DNA from: Flavobacteriales bacterium | GTDB taxonomy: Bacteria > Bacteroidota > Bacteroidia > Flavobacteriales > Schleiferiaceae | Reading direction: 5' to 3' | Assembly: GCA_002707525.1 (NCBI GenBank) | Contig: PAND01000011.1 | Coordinates: 36,934 to 100,933 of the forward strand | DNA length: 64,000 bases | In this document: positions 46,688 to 55,783 of the stretch, piece after piece | How positions within the stretch are numbered: position 1 is the first letter of the stretch | How the letters are laid out: every line of letters starts with the position of its first letter | Made by a program: the position numbers and the translations under genes | The notes under the pieces: generated by a model | The model's input: only the letters and a program-made list of their open reading frames with translations | What the model was told of the DNA's origin: nothing | The model's database searches: none

Positions 46688-47119
46688 ATGATGCGTATAT
46701 TAATTCTCAACGGTCCAAATTTAAACTTGCTTGGAAAGCGGGAACCAGATATTTACGGAAATTCTAATTTTCAGGATTTTTATGAGGAACTCACGGCTGT
46801 CTATGATGACGTGGCTTCTTTTAGTTACTTACAGAGCAATGTTGAGGGTGAACTAATTGATATTCTTCAAGAAAGTCAGGAAGAGTATACTGCAATCATA
46901 TTGAATGCAGGCGGATATACCCATACCTCTGTCGCAATAGCCGATTGTATAGCTGCAATTTCTGTTTCCGTAATCGAGGTCCATATTAGTCAGCCTGCGG
47001 CCCGTGAAGAATTTCGTCATAAAAGCATTATCGCTGGTAAATGCCTTGGAAGCATAAGTGGTTTTGGTTTAGATTCCTATCGCTTGGCGGTGGAGGCCAT
47101 TATCCAAACCATGGATTAA
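46688..47119 (+). CDS. aroQ: Type II 3-dehydroquinate dehydratase
   Basis: 143 aa. Motifs are ILILNGPNLNLLGKREPDIYG and NAGGYTHTSVAI. Confidence 0.95.
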   Translation: MMRILILNGPNLNLLGKREPDIYGNSNFQDFYEELTAVYDDVASFSYLQSNVEGELIDILQESQEEYTAIILNAGGYTHTSVAIADCIAAISVSVIEVHISQPAAREEFRHKSIIAGKCLGSISGFGLDSYRLAVEAIIQTMD

Positions 47120-47120
47120 T

Positions 47121-48593
47121 ATGTTTAGGATTATATTTTTTTCGTTTCAATCACTACTTAAAAAGTATTGGATTGTTGGAATGATATTCCTTGTAGGATT
47201 CTTTATAGCCGGAAATATGATTCAAGGTTCACTCCTTGGTGCAGCATTACCGGTTTTGATCGTGTTTCTCATCGTCCTAACAATACTTTTCCTTAATTAC
47301 CCCAAATTATTGTATTTGACTGCACTACTTGTTGGCTTTCTTATGGCCCATTTGAGTCGTCTATACCCGGGACCAACCTATGGTCTTGCTATTGATGTTT
47401 TATTAGCAATGGGTCTAATTGTTCTCATGCCCGGACGATCTGAAATCTCATTTAAGTTTATCAAAAAGCCTGAATTCATTGCAATATTTTTGTGGGTAGT
47501 CTACGTATGCTTACTCATAATTAATCCAGACGCTCCAGGACCTATTGCTTGGTTTTATGCGATGCGATCGTTCTGTCTGTATTTGATTTTGGTGCCCATT
47601 GTCGTTTGCGGATTTATCTCTTCACCAAATGATATTAAGACTTTTTTCAACATACTAATCGTATTATCCATCTATGCCACTTTAATTGCTATTCGTCAAG
47701 AATTTATGGGAATGTGGGATTTTGAGATGGAATGGTTGAATCAAGGTCCGATTAACGAACATTTTGTTAATGGGCGTATGCGTGAATTTAGTGTTTTTAC
47801 AGATGCTTCTAACTACGGCGGTTATTGCGCGTTCATGTGCGTAGTATCTGCGACCTATGCATGTTTACCAGCAAGATTGCCAGGACGTTTTTTTTATTTT
47901 GCTGTAGCACTATTCAACTTTTATGGAATGATGCTCAGTGGTTCACGTGGACCCGTAGCAATTCTGGGTTTAGGCGGCATCGTTTTTCTTATCATGGCTA
48001 GAAGATCTCTTTTAACGTTCGTGGGGTCCATAGTTGGATTAGCGATGTATGTTTTCTTGAAGTTTTCAACGATTTTAAATGGCAATTACAATATCTATCG
48101 TCTACGCACTGCATTTGACCCGAATGACGCTTCTCTTATGGTGAGAAAGGTGAAATTAGAAGTCTTAACGAAGTATATGGCGGATAAACCGTTCGGAGGA
48201 GGTGTGGGTTCAGCTGGAAATTGGGGACAACGATTTGCTCCGGGTAGCTTTTTGGCGGATACTCCTACTGACGGATTATTTCCAAGAATATGGATGGAAA
48301 CAGGAATAGTAGGGTTGATCCTTTTTATTGTCTTATTGTTATTTTTAGTCTTTTGGATGGGCTACCGCCTTTGGAATCTTCCACAAGGACGGATTAGACA
48401 AATTTTAACTGGACTCTATGCAGGATATTGTGGTCTTATTTTGTCCAGCTATGCGAATGAAACTATGACCCAGGTTCCAATGTCCATAGTGAGCTATGCA
48501 ATTCCTGCATTAATAATTGTAGCTGATTACTGGTATAGAACGGGTATAGATATTGAAGATTCACCAACGCAGCCTAGACCGCCATTATATTAA
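47121..48593 (+). CDS. O-antigen ligase / Wzy_C family membrane protein
   Basis: 490 aa and polytopic. It has the Wzy_C-like loop motif MLSGSRGPVA and a large loop before the last TM helices. It starts 1 nt after the aroQ stop. Confidence 0.6.
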   Translation: MFRIIFFSFQSLLKKYWIVGMIFLVGFFIAGNMIQGSLLGAALPVLIVFLIVLTILFLNYPKLLYLTALLVGFLMAHLSRLYPGPTYGLAIDVLLAMGLIVLMPGRSEISFKFIKKPEFIAIFLWVVYVCLLIINPDAPGPIAWFYAMRSFCLYLILVPIVVCGFISSPNDIKTFFNILIVLSIYATLIAIRQEFMGMWDFEMEWLNQGPINEHFVNGRMREFSVFTDASNYGGYCAFMCVVSATYACLPARLPGRFFYFAVALFNFYGMMLSGSRGPVAILGLGGIVFLIMARRSLLTFVGSIVGLAMYVFLKFSTILNGNYNIYRLRTAFDPNDASLMVRKVKLEVLTKYMADKPFGGGVGSAGNWGQRFAPGSFLADTPTDGLFPRIWMETGIVGLILFIVLLLFLVFWMGYRLWNLPQGRIRQILTGLYAGYCGLILSSYANETMTQVPMSIVSYAIPALIIVADYWYRTGIDIEDSPTQPRPPLY

Positions 48594-49181
48594 TTCAAGA
48601 ACTTTTCTTGCCACAAAACCAAGTTCTGAGGCTATCATGATAAGAGTCTTGTCATAAACATCCTTTTGATTTGAACCACCGTCACTATGTTTTGGGTCTG
48701 TAAACATTAACGAATGACGCTGTTTTGAACCATGAACCACGGGACAGGATTCATGAGCGCTATTACACACCATAATGGCATGATAATTTTCTTGTGCATT
48801 GCTTTCGTCATCATATTTCTTTGAAAACAAAACAGGAGTGGTATCCACTTTTTCAAGGTTTTCTATAAATATTTTATAGGCACGTTGATTGTGAGCCTCA
48901 AGTGGTATTACTCTAAAACCATGTCTTTTGAAGCTTTCTGCTACCTCAGGAAATAATGCTGTACGCTCTGTACCTCCGCTGAATGTCTGCACATTTTTAA
49001 GACCATAATATTTGGCAGCAGTTCTGAATAGTATCTCACTAAAATGGCTTCGTCTGCTATTATGAGTGCAGATAAAATTCACCTTAAGTTCACTTTCTTT
49101 TGAAAATGATTGGGCAATAGCCTCTAATTTAGGCTTTCTCTCTGCATTTGGAATATGATTAAATAGTTGATCTAAGTCCAT
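48585..49181 (-). CDS. Low-molecular-weight phosphatase / ArsC (thioredoxin-type) family protein
   Basis: P-loop CTHNSRRS (CX5R-S), a downstream CNSAHESC (C-X6-C) pair, and a TDP acid motif. The track start at 49184 is a TTG. The ATG at 49181 overlaps the upstream ADH stop (TGATG). Confidence 0.7.
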   Translation of the reverse strand: MDLDQLFNHIPNAERKPKLEAIAQSFSKESELKVNFICTHNSRRSHFSEILFRTAAKYYGLKNVQTFSGGTERTALFPEVAESFKRHGFRVIPLEAHNQRAYKIFIENLEKVDTTPVLFSKKYDDESNAQENYHAIMVCNSAHESCPVVHGSKQRHSLMFTDPKHSDGGSNQKDVYDKTLIMIASELGFVARKVLELI

Positions 49182-50341
49182 CAAATTACTGCTTCTAAGA
49201 TGGACAATACATCCGCTGAACGAATGTCTTTGTGTTCCCCTAATATTATGTTGCGTTGCTTCTCCATAGCATTGACGCAGGATTGAGGAAAACTGCTAAG
49301 ATTATCCACATTGTATTCACTCAATTTTGTGCTAATACCCAGACTTCTAAAGAAATCTTCAGTTTGGTCAATAGCCAGTTCCGCTACTTTTCGAGAGTCG
49401 CCCGATATTCCTAAAACACGCCGACCATATTGGGCTAATTTCGTTTCTTTTTTCTCAATCTTATACCTGTACATGCTGGGTAAAACAATCGCTAGAGTTC
49501 GAGCATGATCAATACCGTAAGCGGCAGTAATCTCATGACCAATTGCGTGAATTGACCAATCTGTAGGTACTCCTTTTTGAATTATGCCATTAAGTGCCAT
49601 ATTACAGCACCACATGAAATTTGCTGCGACCTCAAAATTTTCCGGTTCACTCATTACTTTAGGTGCAATGTCAATTAGCGTACTTAAAATCCCTTCCGAA
49701 ATTCTGTCTTGAAGGGATGCAGATGTAGGGTAGGTCATGTATTGTTCCATGACATGCGTAAAGGCATCTGCAATACCATTCGCCAATTGCCGTTGTGGTA
49801 ACGAAGCCACAACACAAGGGTCTGCAATGCTAAAAAGAGGAAAAAGACCAGGCCCTCCCATGGTAAGTTTCTGACCGGTTTCTTTCCTTGAAATTACTGC
49901 GCCACTATTCATTTCTGATCCGGTTGCTGGGAGCGTAAGTACTGTTCCAAATGGCAAGCCTATTTCTGTCCTTTGACCTTTTTCAAGAATATCCCATGAA
50001 TTATCACCGCTGTAAAGTGCTGCAGAGGCTAAAAATTTAGTTCCATCAATGACGCTACCTCCACCTACGGCGAGCATGAAATTAATTTGTTGAGTCTTAA
50101 TTACTTCCAGTGCCTGGAGTAAAGTACTGTATTGCGGATTGGCCTCAATACCTCCAAATTCAATGACATCAAAACTGGTTAATTCGCGAATTACTTTTTC
50201 GTAGATCCCGTTGCGCTTAATTGAGCCACCGCCGTATAATAAAAGAACTTTTGAATTCGCGGGGATTAACTTTGAGAGCTCTTTGTGCTGGTCTTTTCCA
50301 AAACAGAGCTGGGTTGGTAAATGAAGGTTGAAATTATTCAT
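49181..50341 (-). CDS. Iron-containing (group III) alcohol dehydrogenase, YqhD/BdhA-like
   Basis: 386 aa. Motifs are YGGGSIKRNG, AVGGGSVIDGTKF, and metal-ligand histidines in DAFTHVME and HAIGHE. Confidence 0.85.
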   Translation of the reverse strand: MNNFNLHLPTQLCFGKDQHKELSKLIPANSKVLLLYGGGSIKRNGIYEKVIRELTSFDVIEFGGIEANPQYSTLLQALEVIKTQQINFMLAVGGGSVIDGTKFLASAALYSGDNSWDILEKGQRTEIGLPFGTVLTLPATGSEMNSGAVISRKETGQKLTMGGPGLFPLFSIADPCVVASLPQRQLANGIADAFTHVMEQYMTYPTSASLQDRISEGILSTLIDIAPKVMSEPENFEVAANFMWCCNMALNGIIQKGVPTDWSIHAIGHEITAAYGIDHARTLAIVLPSMYRYKIEKKETKLAQYGRRVLGISGDSRKVAELAIDQTEDFFRSLGISTKLSEYNVDNLSSFPQSCVNAMEKQRNIILGEHKDIRSADVLSILEAVI

Positions 50342-50366
50342 AAATCTCTAAGTTTAAAGAAAGAAC

Positions 50367-51308
50367 TTACAATCTTATGTAGCGCTCCTTCTTGTCCTCA
50401 TAAATGGAGTCTATGGGTATAAGGATTCCGGTTTCCTCTACATTTCCAAAGTCATTGTTAATGAATGTTCCAAACGTCATCATACTTGGACTTAGGCCCA
50501 TGTATTGCTTGATTAGTGGAGGTATACTTTCACCATACTGGCTGCAGATCCTATTTAGGTTACGTTGTCCTGTTTTGAAAGATTTTGCAAAATCACTGTA
50601 GTCAATTGGAAACAAATCAGCAGTCATCTTCAATTTAGGCACTTCGGCTGCTGCTGAAGGGCTCATTAAGTTTTCGTGATCAGGAAAATAGTATTTTAAA
50701 AAGTTGAGTACGTGGTCGCGAGCAGTTATGTTGTAGGACGGATACATAGTGACCTTACCATAAAAGTATTCCACATGCGCATATTTGAGACAAATTGCGC
50801 CAAGTCCATCCCAAATATTATCTAGTGCAAACATCCCTTTTCTGGGGTCATTTGCAGGTTGGTACTTTGGTTGAACCCAACTCCTGCCTAATTCTATACT
50901 TTTTGGAAGATATTCAGAGATGAATTTATCGTTGAAATTAAAGTAATGACTCATGCTAAGATCATTTTTCCAATCCCCTTTCGAACTTATTACAGCTCCG
51001 TCAATGAATCTATATCCACCAACAATTTCTTCATCTTCTGGATTCCAAACAATTAACTGCTGGTAGCAAAATTCATTCAAATCAAAATGATCTAAATCAA
51101 CCTCTTTACCCGTGCCACCATTCGCTGAAGCAAATGTTAGCTCTCGCAATCTGCCAACCTCACGTACTGTGTTTGGAGCATTGTGAATGTTGACTATGTA
51201 AATTTCGTTATTAAGCTTGCCCGTACTTCGAATGAACCGTTTTTTAGTGAGCTCTTTTTTCAGGAGGTCAATATCAACAGGAGGGGCGATATAACTTAAA
51301 TCCATCAT
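50367..51308 (-). CDS. GNAT-fold (hemolysin/OlsB-like) N-acyltransferase, candidate glycine-lipid N-acyltransferase
   Basis: ~313 aa. The family call rests on size, pairing with a lysophospholipid-acyltransferase-like gene 15 nt upstream, and general resemblance to OlsB/GlsB-type proteins. It is not motif-verified. The track start at 51326 is a GTG, and ATGs are at 51308 and 51305. Confidence 0.5.
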   Translation of the reverse strand: MMDLSYIAPPVDIDLLKKELTKKRFIRSTGKLNNEIYIVNIHNAPNTVREVGRLRELTFASANGGTGKEVDLDHFDLNEFCYQQLIVWNPEDEEIVGGYRFIDGAVISSKGDWKNDLSMSHYFNFNDKFISEYLPKSIELGRSWVQPKYQPANDPRKGMFALDNIWDGLGAICLKYAHVEYFYGKVTMYPSYNITARDHVLNFLKYYFPDHENLMSPSAAAEVPKLKMTADLFPIDYSDFAKSFKTGQRNLNRICSQYGESIPPLIKQYMGLSPSMMTFGTFINNDFGNVEETGILIPIDSIYEDKKERYIRL

Positions 51309-51341
51309 GGTACAAATATACCACACATCTTTACGATTGCT

Positions 51342-52169
51342 TTACTCTTTTAATTGGTAAACCTTGGATTTTATCTGGTAAGCCCAATCTTGATCTTTTT
51401 TAGTTCGGTCAAATGATTTTGAATCAATGGGTTTGCCGTACTTGATGATAATGGTATTGCCCTCTTGTTTGATAGTTTCCTGGGCTAAAAGTAGCATTTC
51501 AATGTTCATTTTGATCCGTAAGAACTTTCTTAGTCGTGATATAAAATAAAAACGTTTGGATAATCTACCTGAGATATGGACAGGTACCACCGGCTTGTTA
51601 TATTTTTTTGATTTTGTAATGAAGGTCTTCTTCCAATCCAAATCTCGTATAACGCTATGCCTAGTCATTCTACTAACCATTCCTGCAGGAAAAATAAATA
51701 AGGCCGTATCTCCAGCAAAGGCCTGGTCAACAGCTTTTATTCCCTCTCTTGCTGTAGTCCCGAATTTATTTACCCCAACAAATATTCCTCGCAATTGCGG
51801 GATGTTTAGTAGAATGTCATTAACCAAAAACTTGACATCATTTCTATACATATCTATTGCAGACATAACGGCAATTGCGTCCATTCCGCCTAGAGGGTGA
51901 TTGGCCGCAAAAATAACCCCGCCTTCTTTTGGGATATTTTCTTCGCCTTCAATTTTTACCGTAATGCCGAATTTTTCACATAGTAATCTGCAGAAGTCAA
52001 AGTTTTGCGATTCTTGGTGATTCGACATGATTTCATTGAGCAGAGACTCATAAATTACTCTTTCACTTAAATAACGAATTATCCAACGCGGTATAATCTT
52101 ATAAAGCGCTGGGTTTTTTTCTTTGACCAAGCCGTCAACGTCAACAAATTTAGTTGCTGTATCTTGCAT
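51342..52169 (-). CDS. Lysophospholipid (PlsC-like) acyltransferase family protein, candidate O-acyltransferase of lipoamino-acid synthesis
   Basis: 275 aa. The acyltransferase block I-like motif is ANHPLGGMDA and the block III-like motif is IFPAGMVSR. Confidence 0.65.
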   Translation of the reverse strand: MQDTATKFVDVDGLVKEKNPALYKIIPRWIIRYLSERVIYESLLNEIMSNHQESQNFDFCRLLCEKFGITVKIEGEENIPKEGGVIFAANHPLGGMDAIAVMSAIDMYRNDVKFLVNDILLNIPQLRGIFVGVNKFGTTAREGIKAVDQAFAGDTALFIFPAGMVSRMTRHSVIRDLDWKKTFITKSKKYNKPVVPVHISGRLSKRFYFISRLRKFLRIKMNIEMLLLAQETIKQEGNTIIIKYGKPIDSKSFDRTKKDQDWAYQIKSKVYQLKE

Positions 52170-52199
52170 CTAAAGGAATTTGAGAAGGGCTAATATACT

Positions 52200-52655
52200 C
52201 TATTTCTTGATGCTTGCGTTGTAAACAGTTATCCACTCTTCTGCTGATATTTTTTGGGTTAATCGGGCAATTAATGGGTAAGGAATGTCCTCCATTCTCT
52301 TTAGACGAATACAGCTTTTTCCCATGTCTAATTTAAACTTAGAATACTCAGAGTATTCCTTTTTAAACCATTGCTCCAATTCGGGTATTGCGTAAATGCC
52401 CATGTGGTAGAGACCAATGAAGTTCTTTTGATTACCCAAAGAAATAAAAGGTAAGGGCTCCTCTGGCTTAACATGATATCCCTGAGGATACAACTCGTGA
52501 GGAATACAGAAAGAGGGCATACCATAGCTCAAACAAGTTTTAAACCCTTTGGGAATATTTGTCTCTATGGTCTCATAAAGTTTAATAAATGCCTCTCTGC
52601 GCATTTCTGGTAATTTACTTATGTAGTCCGTTATTGATGTTGCAGCAATTCTCAC
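52200..52655 (-). CDS. DUF1801 (YdhG-like) domain protein
   Basis: 151 aa with a GTG start. The pattern ITDYISKLPEMRREAFIKLYETI...YGMPSF is typical of DUF1801. Confidence 0.55.
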   Translation of the reverse strand: MRIAATSITDYISKLPEMRREAFIKLYETIETNIPKGFKTCLSYGMPSFCIPHELYPQGYHVKPEEPLPFISLGNQKNFIGLYHMGIYAIPELEQWFKKEYSEYSKFKLDMGKSCIRLKRMEDIPYPLIARLTQKISAEEWITVYNASIKK

Positions 52656-52812
52656 GATTATTTAAATTTTTCAATAAAACTAAAGAAATATATAAGTTCA
52701 ATCTTGTCAAATTTGATGCACATTGTATGGCGCATCTTCTCATGAACATGGAATTATAGTTTTAGTCAAACTTAATTAGCAAATCATATGTTACTTCTAC
52801 AAATGAAGATTT

Positions 52813-52974
52813 ATGTTCGGACTATTTAGAAAAAAGACTGCGAAGGAGAAAATGGAGGCACGCTATTACGAACTCATTAAAAAAAGTTATGACTTAAGTC
52901 ATACGAATAGAGCAGATAGCGATAGAGCCGCGGCTGAAGCCGCAGATTTACTTAAGCAGATTGACTCTCTTTAG
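52813..52974 (+). CDS. Lacal_2735-family small protein (53 aa)
   Basis: Below the ORF-track cutoff. MFGLFRKKTAKEKMEARYYELIKKSYDLSHTNRADSDRAAAEAADLLKQIDSL matches my recollection of the Bacteroidetes MFGLFKKK... small-protein family. Its 3' end overlaps the convergent DUF3817 gene by 23 nt. Confidence 0.6.
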   Translation: MFGLFRKKTAKEKMEARYYELIKKSYDLSHTNRADSDRAAAEAADLLKQIDSL

Positions 52975-53263
52975 AAATCAGCGGTCTCAACCAATGCTTG
53001 TCGGCATAGAATGTTCCAAAAGGAATAAGAGATGCCATAAAAAAACTCAATACTCTGGTTAACTTCAGTTTGTGTTTAAGGCTAAAGTCAATCAAGGTGA
53101 AAACGTATACTACCGTTAGTATGCCATGGAACATCCCCATTATTTTGTTGGGCCAGTATATGTCCAGACCGTATTTTAAGGGCATGCAAATAAAGAGCAG
53201 CACAATAAAGGAGCCACCTTCTAACAAGGCAGTCCACTTGAATCGTGCAAGAGAATTTTGCAT
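52952..53263 (-). CDS. DUF3817 domain integral membrane protein
   Basis: The pattern is LARFKWTALLEGGSFIVLLFICMPLKY...GMFHGILTVVYVF. The track start at 53281 is a TTG that overlaps the upstream gene, so the ATG at 53263 is preferred. Confidence 0.65.
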   Translation of the reverse strand: MQNSLARFKWTALLEGGSFIVLLFICMPLKYGLDIYWPNKIMGMFHGILTVVYVFTLIDFSLKHKLKLTRVLSFFMASLIPFGTFYADKHWLRPLISKESQSA

Positions 53264-53270
53264 GGTCTTA

Positions 53271-54053
53271 TTAGTTCTCAATCTGTTTTAAAAATTTGAT
53301 AGCCTCTTGATTAAACGCCTCTGGTTGCTCAACGTTGACCACATGACCGCAATTTTCAATAACTTTCAATAAGGCACTTTGATGTGTGGAGACAATCTTC
53401 TTTATAGAAGGAAGGAACATGTGATCTTCACTTCCCATGATATAGAGCGTAGGTACATTTGAATCTTTAAATCGGAAGTATTTTAATAAGGGATTCACCT
53501 CGGCTACAAGAGTAAACCATCGTTTGAATTCTTTTTGGTAAAGTTTTCTAGCCTCTCGGACAAAAAGATTACGTGCTTCAATATGCTTTTTCTTGGGCAT
53601 TATAACCCAAGCAAAGAATCGGTACAGAATCATATAGGGCAATACGCTCTTCAGGAGCACGCCAGTTCTCATCAAAATCTGCCCTCGCTTGTTAAGCTTC
53701 ATTACCGCTCCTCCCATAATCATGCTTAACGTGCGCTCAGGGAATCTTTCTGTAATTTCTCGAATGATAATAGTCCCTAGAGAAATACCTATCCAATGCG
53801 TGCTTTGAATCTTGAGATAGTCTAGCACTTCTAAGACTTCATCCCCAATATTCGAAAAGTTATAATTCTTAATTCGCTCGTAAATAGGTGCTTTACTTCT
53901 CCCATGTCCTCTAAGATCAATGAGTAATACGTTGAAGCTAGAAGAGAAAGCTTTGAGTTGCTTGTACCAAATAGTACTGGAACCACCTGCTCCGTGAACG
54001 AATGTCACCCAAGGGAGTTCAATAGATTTAATGTGGGTACTATAATTAAGCAT
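53271..54053 (-). CDS. Alpha/beta hydrolase
   Basis: HGAGGSS oxyanion region, nucleophile elbow GISLGT, and C-terminal CGHVVNVEQPEAF. I prefer the ATG at 54053 (MLNYSTH...), because the track start at 54155 overlaps the divergent SulP gene. Confidence 0.8.
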   Translation of the reverse strand: MLNYSTHIKSIELPWVTFVHGAGGSSTIWYKQLKAFSSSFNVLLIDLRGHGRSKAPIYERIKNYNFSNIGDEVLEVLDYLKIQSTHWIGISLGTIIIREITERFPERTLSMIMGGAVMKLNKRGQILMRTGVLLKSVLPYMILYRFFAWVIMPKKKHIEARNLFVREARKLYQKEFKRWFTLVAEVNPLLKYFRFKDSNVPTLYIMGSEDHMFLPSIKKIVSTHQSALLKVIENCGHVVNVEQPEAFNQEAIKFLKQIEN

Positions 54054-54143
54054 GGTGCAAATGAAACACTTTATACCTGAATGGTGTTCATGTAAAGGAG
54101 TTTTATTATGTTCATCCTCAAAATTAAAAACAACAAAATTATC

Positions 54144-55775
54144 ATGATAAATCAAAACCCATTCTCGAATTTAAAGCAAGATGCTCCGAGTGCCTTAGTC
54201 GTTTTTTTAGTTGCATTACCCCTGTGTTTAGGTATTGCCTTGGCCTCAGGCGCACCATTGTTTTCTGGATTAATAGCAGGAATTGTAGGAGGACTTATTG
54301 TAGCTCCACTCAGCGGAAGCCCTTTAGGTGTCAGTGGACCCGCTGCTGGGCTTGCAGTTATCGTGTATGGTGCCATTGAGGAATTGGGAGCATATCCAAC
54401 TTTTTTGGCGGCAGTGATTGTTGCAGGAATTGTTCAAGTTCTTCTTGGAATGCTGAAAGCAGGAGTTATAGGCTATTACTTTCCTTCATCCGTTATCAAG
54501 GGAATGCTGAGCGGGATTGGAATTATTATTTTCTTGAAGCAAATTCCTCATGCATTCGGCTATGATGCAGATCCTGAAGGAGATTTTGCTTTTATCCAAC
54601 AAGATGGACACAACACGTTTTCAGAGTTAAAATATATGATGGAAGCGGTAAGTCCTTCAGCTATAATGATTGCAGGTTTGGGCCTGATTATTCTCATACT
54701 ATGGGAGCGCCCTTGGATGAAGAAATTATCTTTTACAAATATTATTCAAGGGCCTTTGGTAGCGGTAGTCACGGGTATTTTATTAAAACTTTATTTTGAT
54801 GGTAAAGCGGGTTGGGAGCTCAATGGGGAACACTTAGTTTCTATTCCTGTAACTGAAGGATTGAATGGCTTTCTAGGACAATTTACAACACCGGACTTTA
54901 GCGCTTTTCTCAATCCAGCGATATACACCATTGGAATAACGATGGCCGTTGTAGCCTCCTTGGAGACATTATTGTGTGTAGAAGCCACAGATAAACTAGA
55001 CCCATATAAACGAGTGACTCCCACCAATAGAGAGTTGCTTGCTCAGGGAACAGGAAACGTAATTAGTGGATTAATAGGAGGCCTGCCCATTACACAAGTT
55101 ATAGTCAGGTCGTCTGCCAATATTCAGAGTGGCGGAAGAACTAAGGCTGCAGCAACATTACACGGTGGGCTTCTGCTTATCTCCGCTTTTGCTATTCCAG
55201 CAGTATTAAACCTAATACCTCTGGCAGCTCTTGCTGCTATTCTATTGGTTGTGGGCTACAAGCTGGCCAAACCAAGCATGATAATTGGGATGTGGAAAAA
55301 AGGTAGAGGCGAATTCATTCCTTTTGCAGTAACTGTAGTGGGAATTGTTTTGACTGATTTATTAATGGGAATTGCACTTGGTTTGGTAGTAGCCATTGTA
55401 TCTATTTTATGGGATAATTTCAAGGTGCCTTATAAATTTAATATTCGTAAATACAAAACAGGTGAACCAATACGAATCCAATTTTCAGAAGTAGTTAGCT
55501 TTCTTAATAAAGCAAGTATTCAGCAGACTTTAAATACCATCCCTCAAAAATCAAAAGTTATTCTGGATGCGTCACAAACGCTACGCATGCATCCTGATGC
55601 TCAAGAAATAATTGAAGAATTCCAGATAAATGCCGTAACAAAAGATATCGAGGTAGAGCTAGTTGGTTTTGAGGCAACCATAAGCGAAACCCCATTAGAA
55701 GATTTTGAAGAAAAAGTGCTTAAAAAACCAAGAATCAAGACTCGGAAGGTTTCCAAGCTCTTTAAATCCAAATAA
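54144..55775 (+). CDS. SulP family inorganic anion transporter with C-terminal STAS domain
   Basis: The N-terminus LKQDAPSALVVFLVALPLCLGIALASGAP is typical of SulP. It has a polytopic core and a soluble C-terminal ~110 aa. I prefer the ATG at 54144 (MINQNPF...). Confidence 0.85.
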   Translation: MINQNPFSNLKQDAPSALVVFLVALPLCLGIALASGAPLFSGLIAGIVGGLIVAPLSGSPLGVSGPAAGLAVIVYGAIEELGAYPTFLAAVIVAGIVQVLLGMLKAGVIGYYFPSSVIKGMLSGIGIIIFLKQIPHAFGYDADPEGDFAFIQQDGHNTFSELKYMMEAVSPSAIMIAGLGLIILILWERPWMKKLSFTNIIQGPLVAVVTGILLKLYFDGKAGWELNGEHLVSIPVTEGLNGFLGQFTTPDFSAFLNPAIYTIGITMAVVASLETLLCVEATDKLDPYKRVTPTNRELLAQGTGNVISGLIGGLPITQVIVRSSANIQSGGRTKAAATLHGGLLLISAFAIPAVLNLIPLAALAAILLVVGYKLAKPSMIIGMWKKGRGEFIPFAVTVVGIVLTDLLMGIALGLVVAIVSILWDNFKVPYKFNIRKYKTGEPIRIQFSEVVSFLNKASIQQTLNTIPQKSKVILDASQTLRMHPDAQEIIEEFQINAVTKDIEVELVGFEATISETPLEDFEEKVLKKPRIKTRKVSKLFKSK

Positions 55776-55783
55776 GATCCGTT

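Noticed and set aside
48585-49181. LMW-PTP-fold protein as the cognate phosphatase (Wzb) of the Wzc-like kinase
   Set aside because: The genes are 11 kb apart with unrelated genes between them. The protein also carries an ArsC-style C-X6-C pair, so the link is not supportable from this window.
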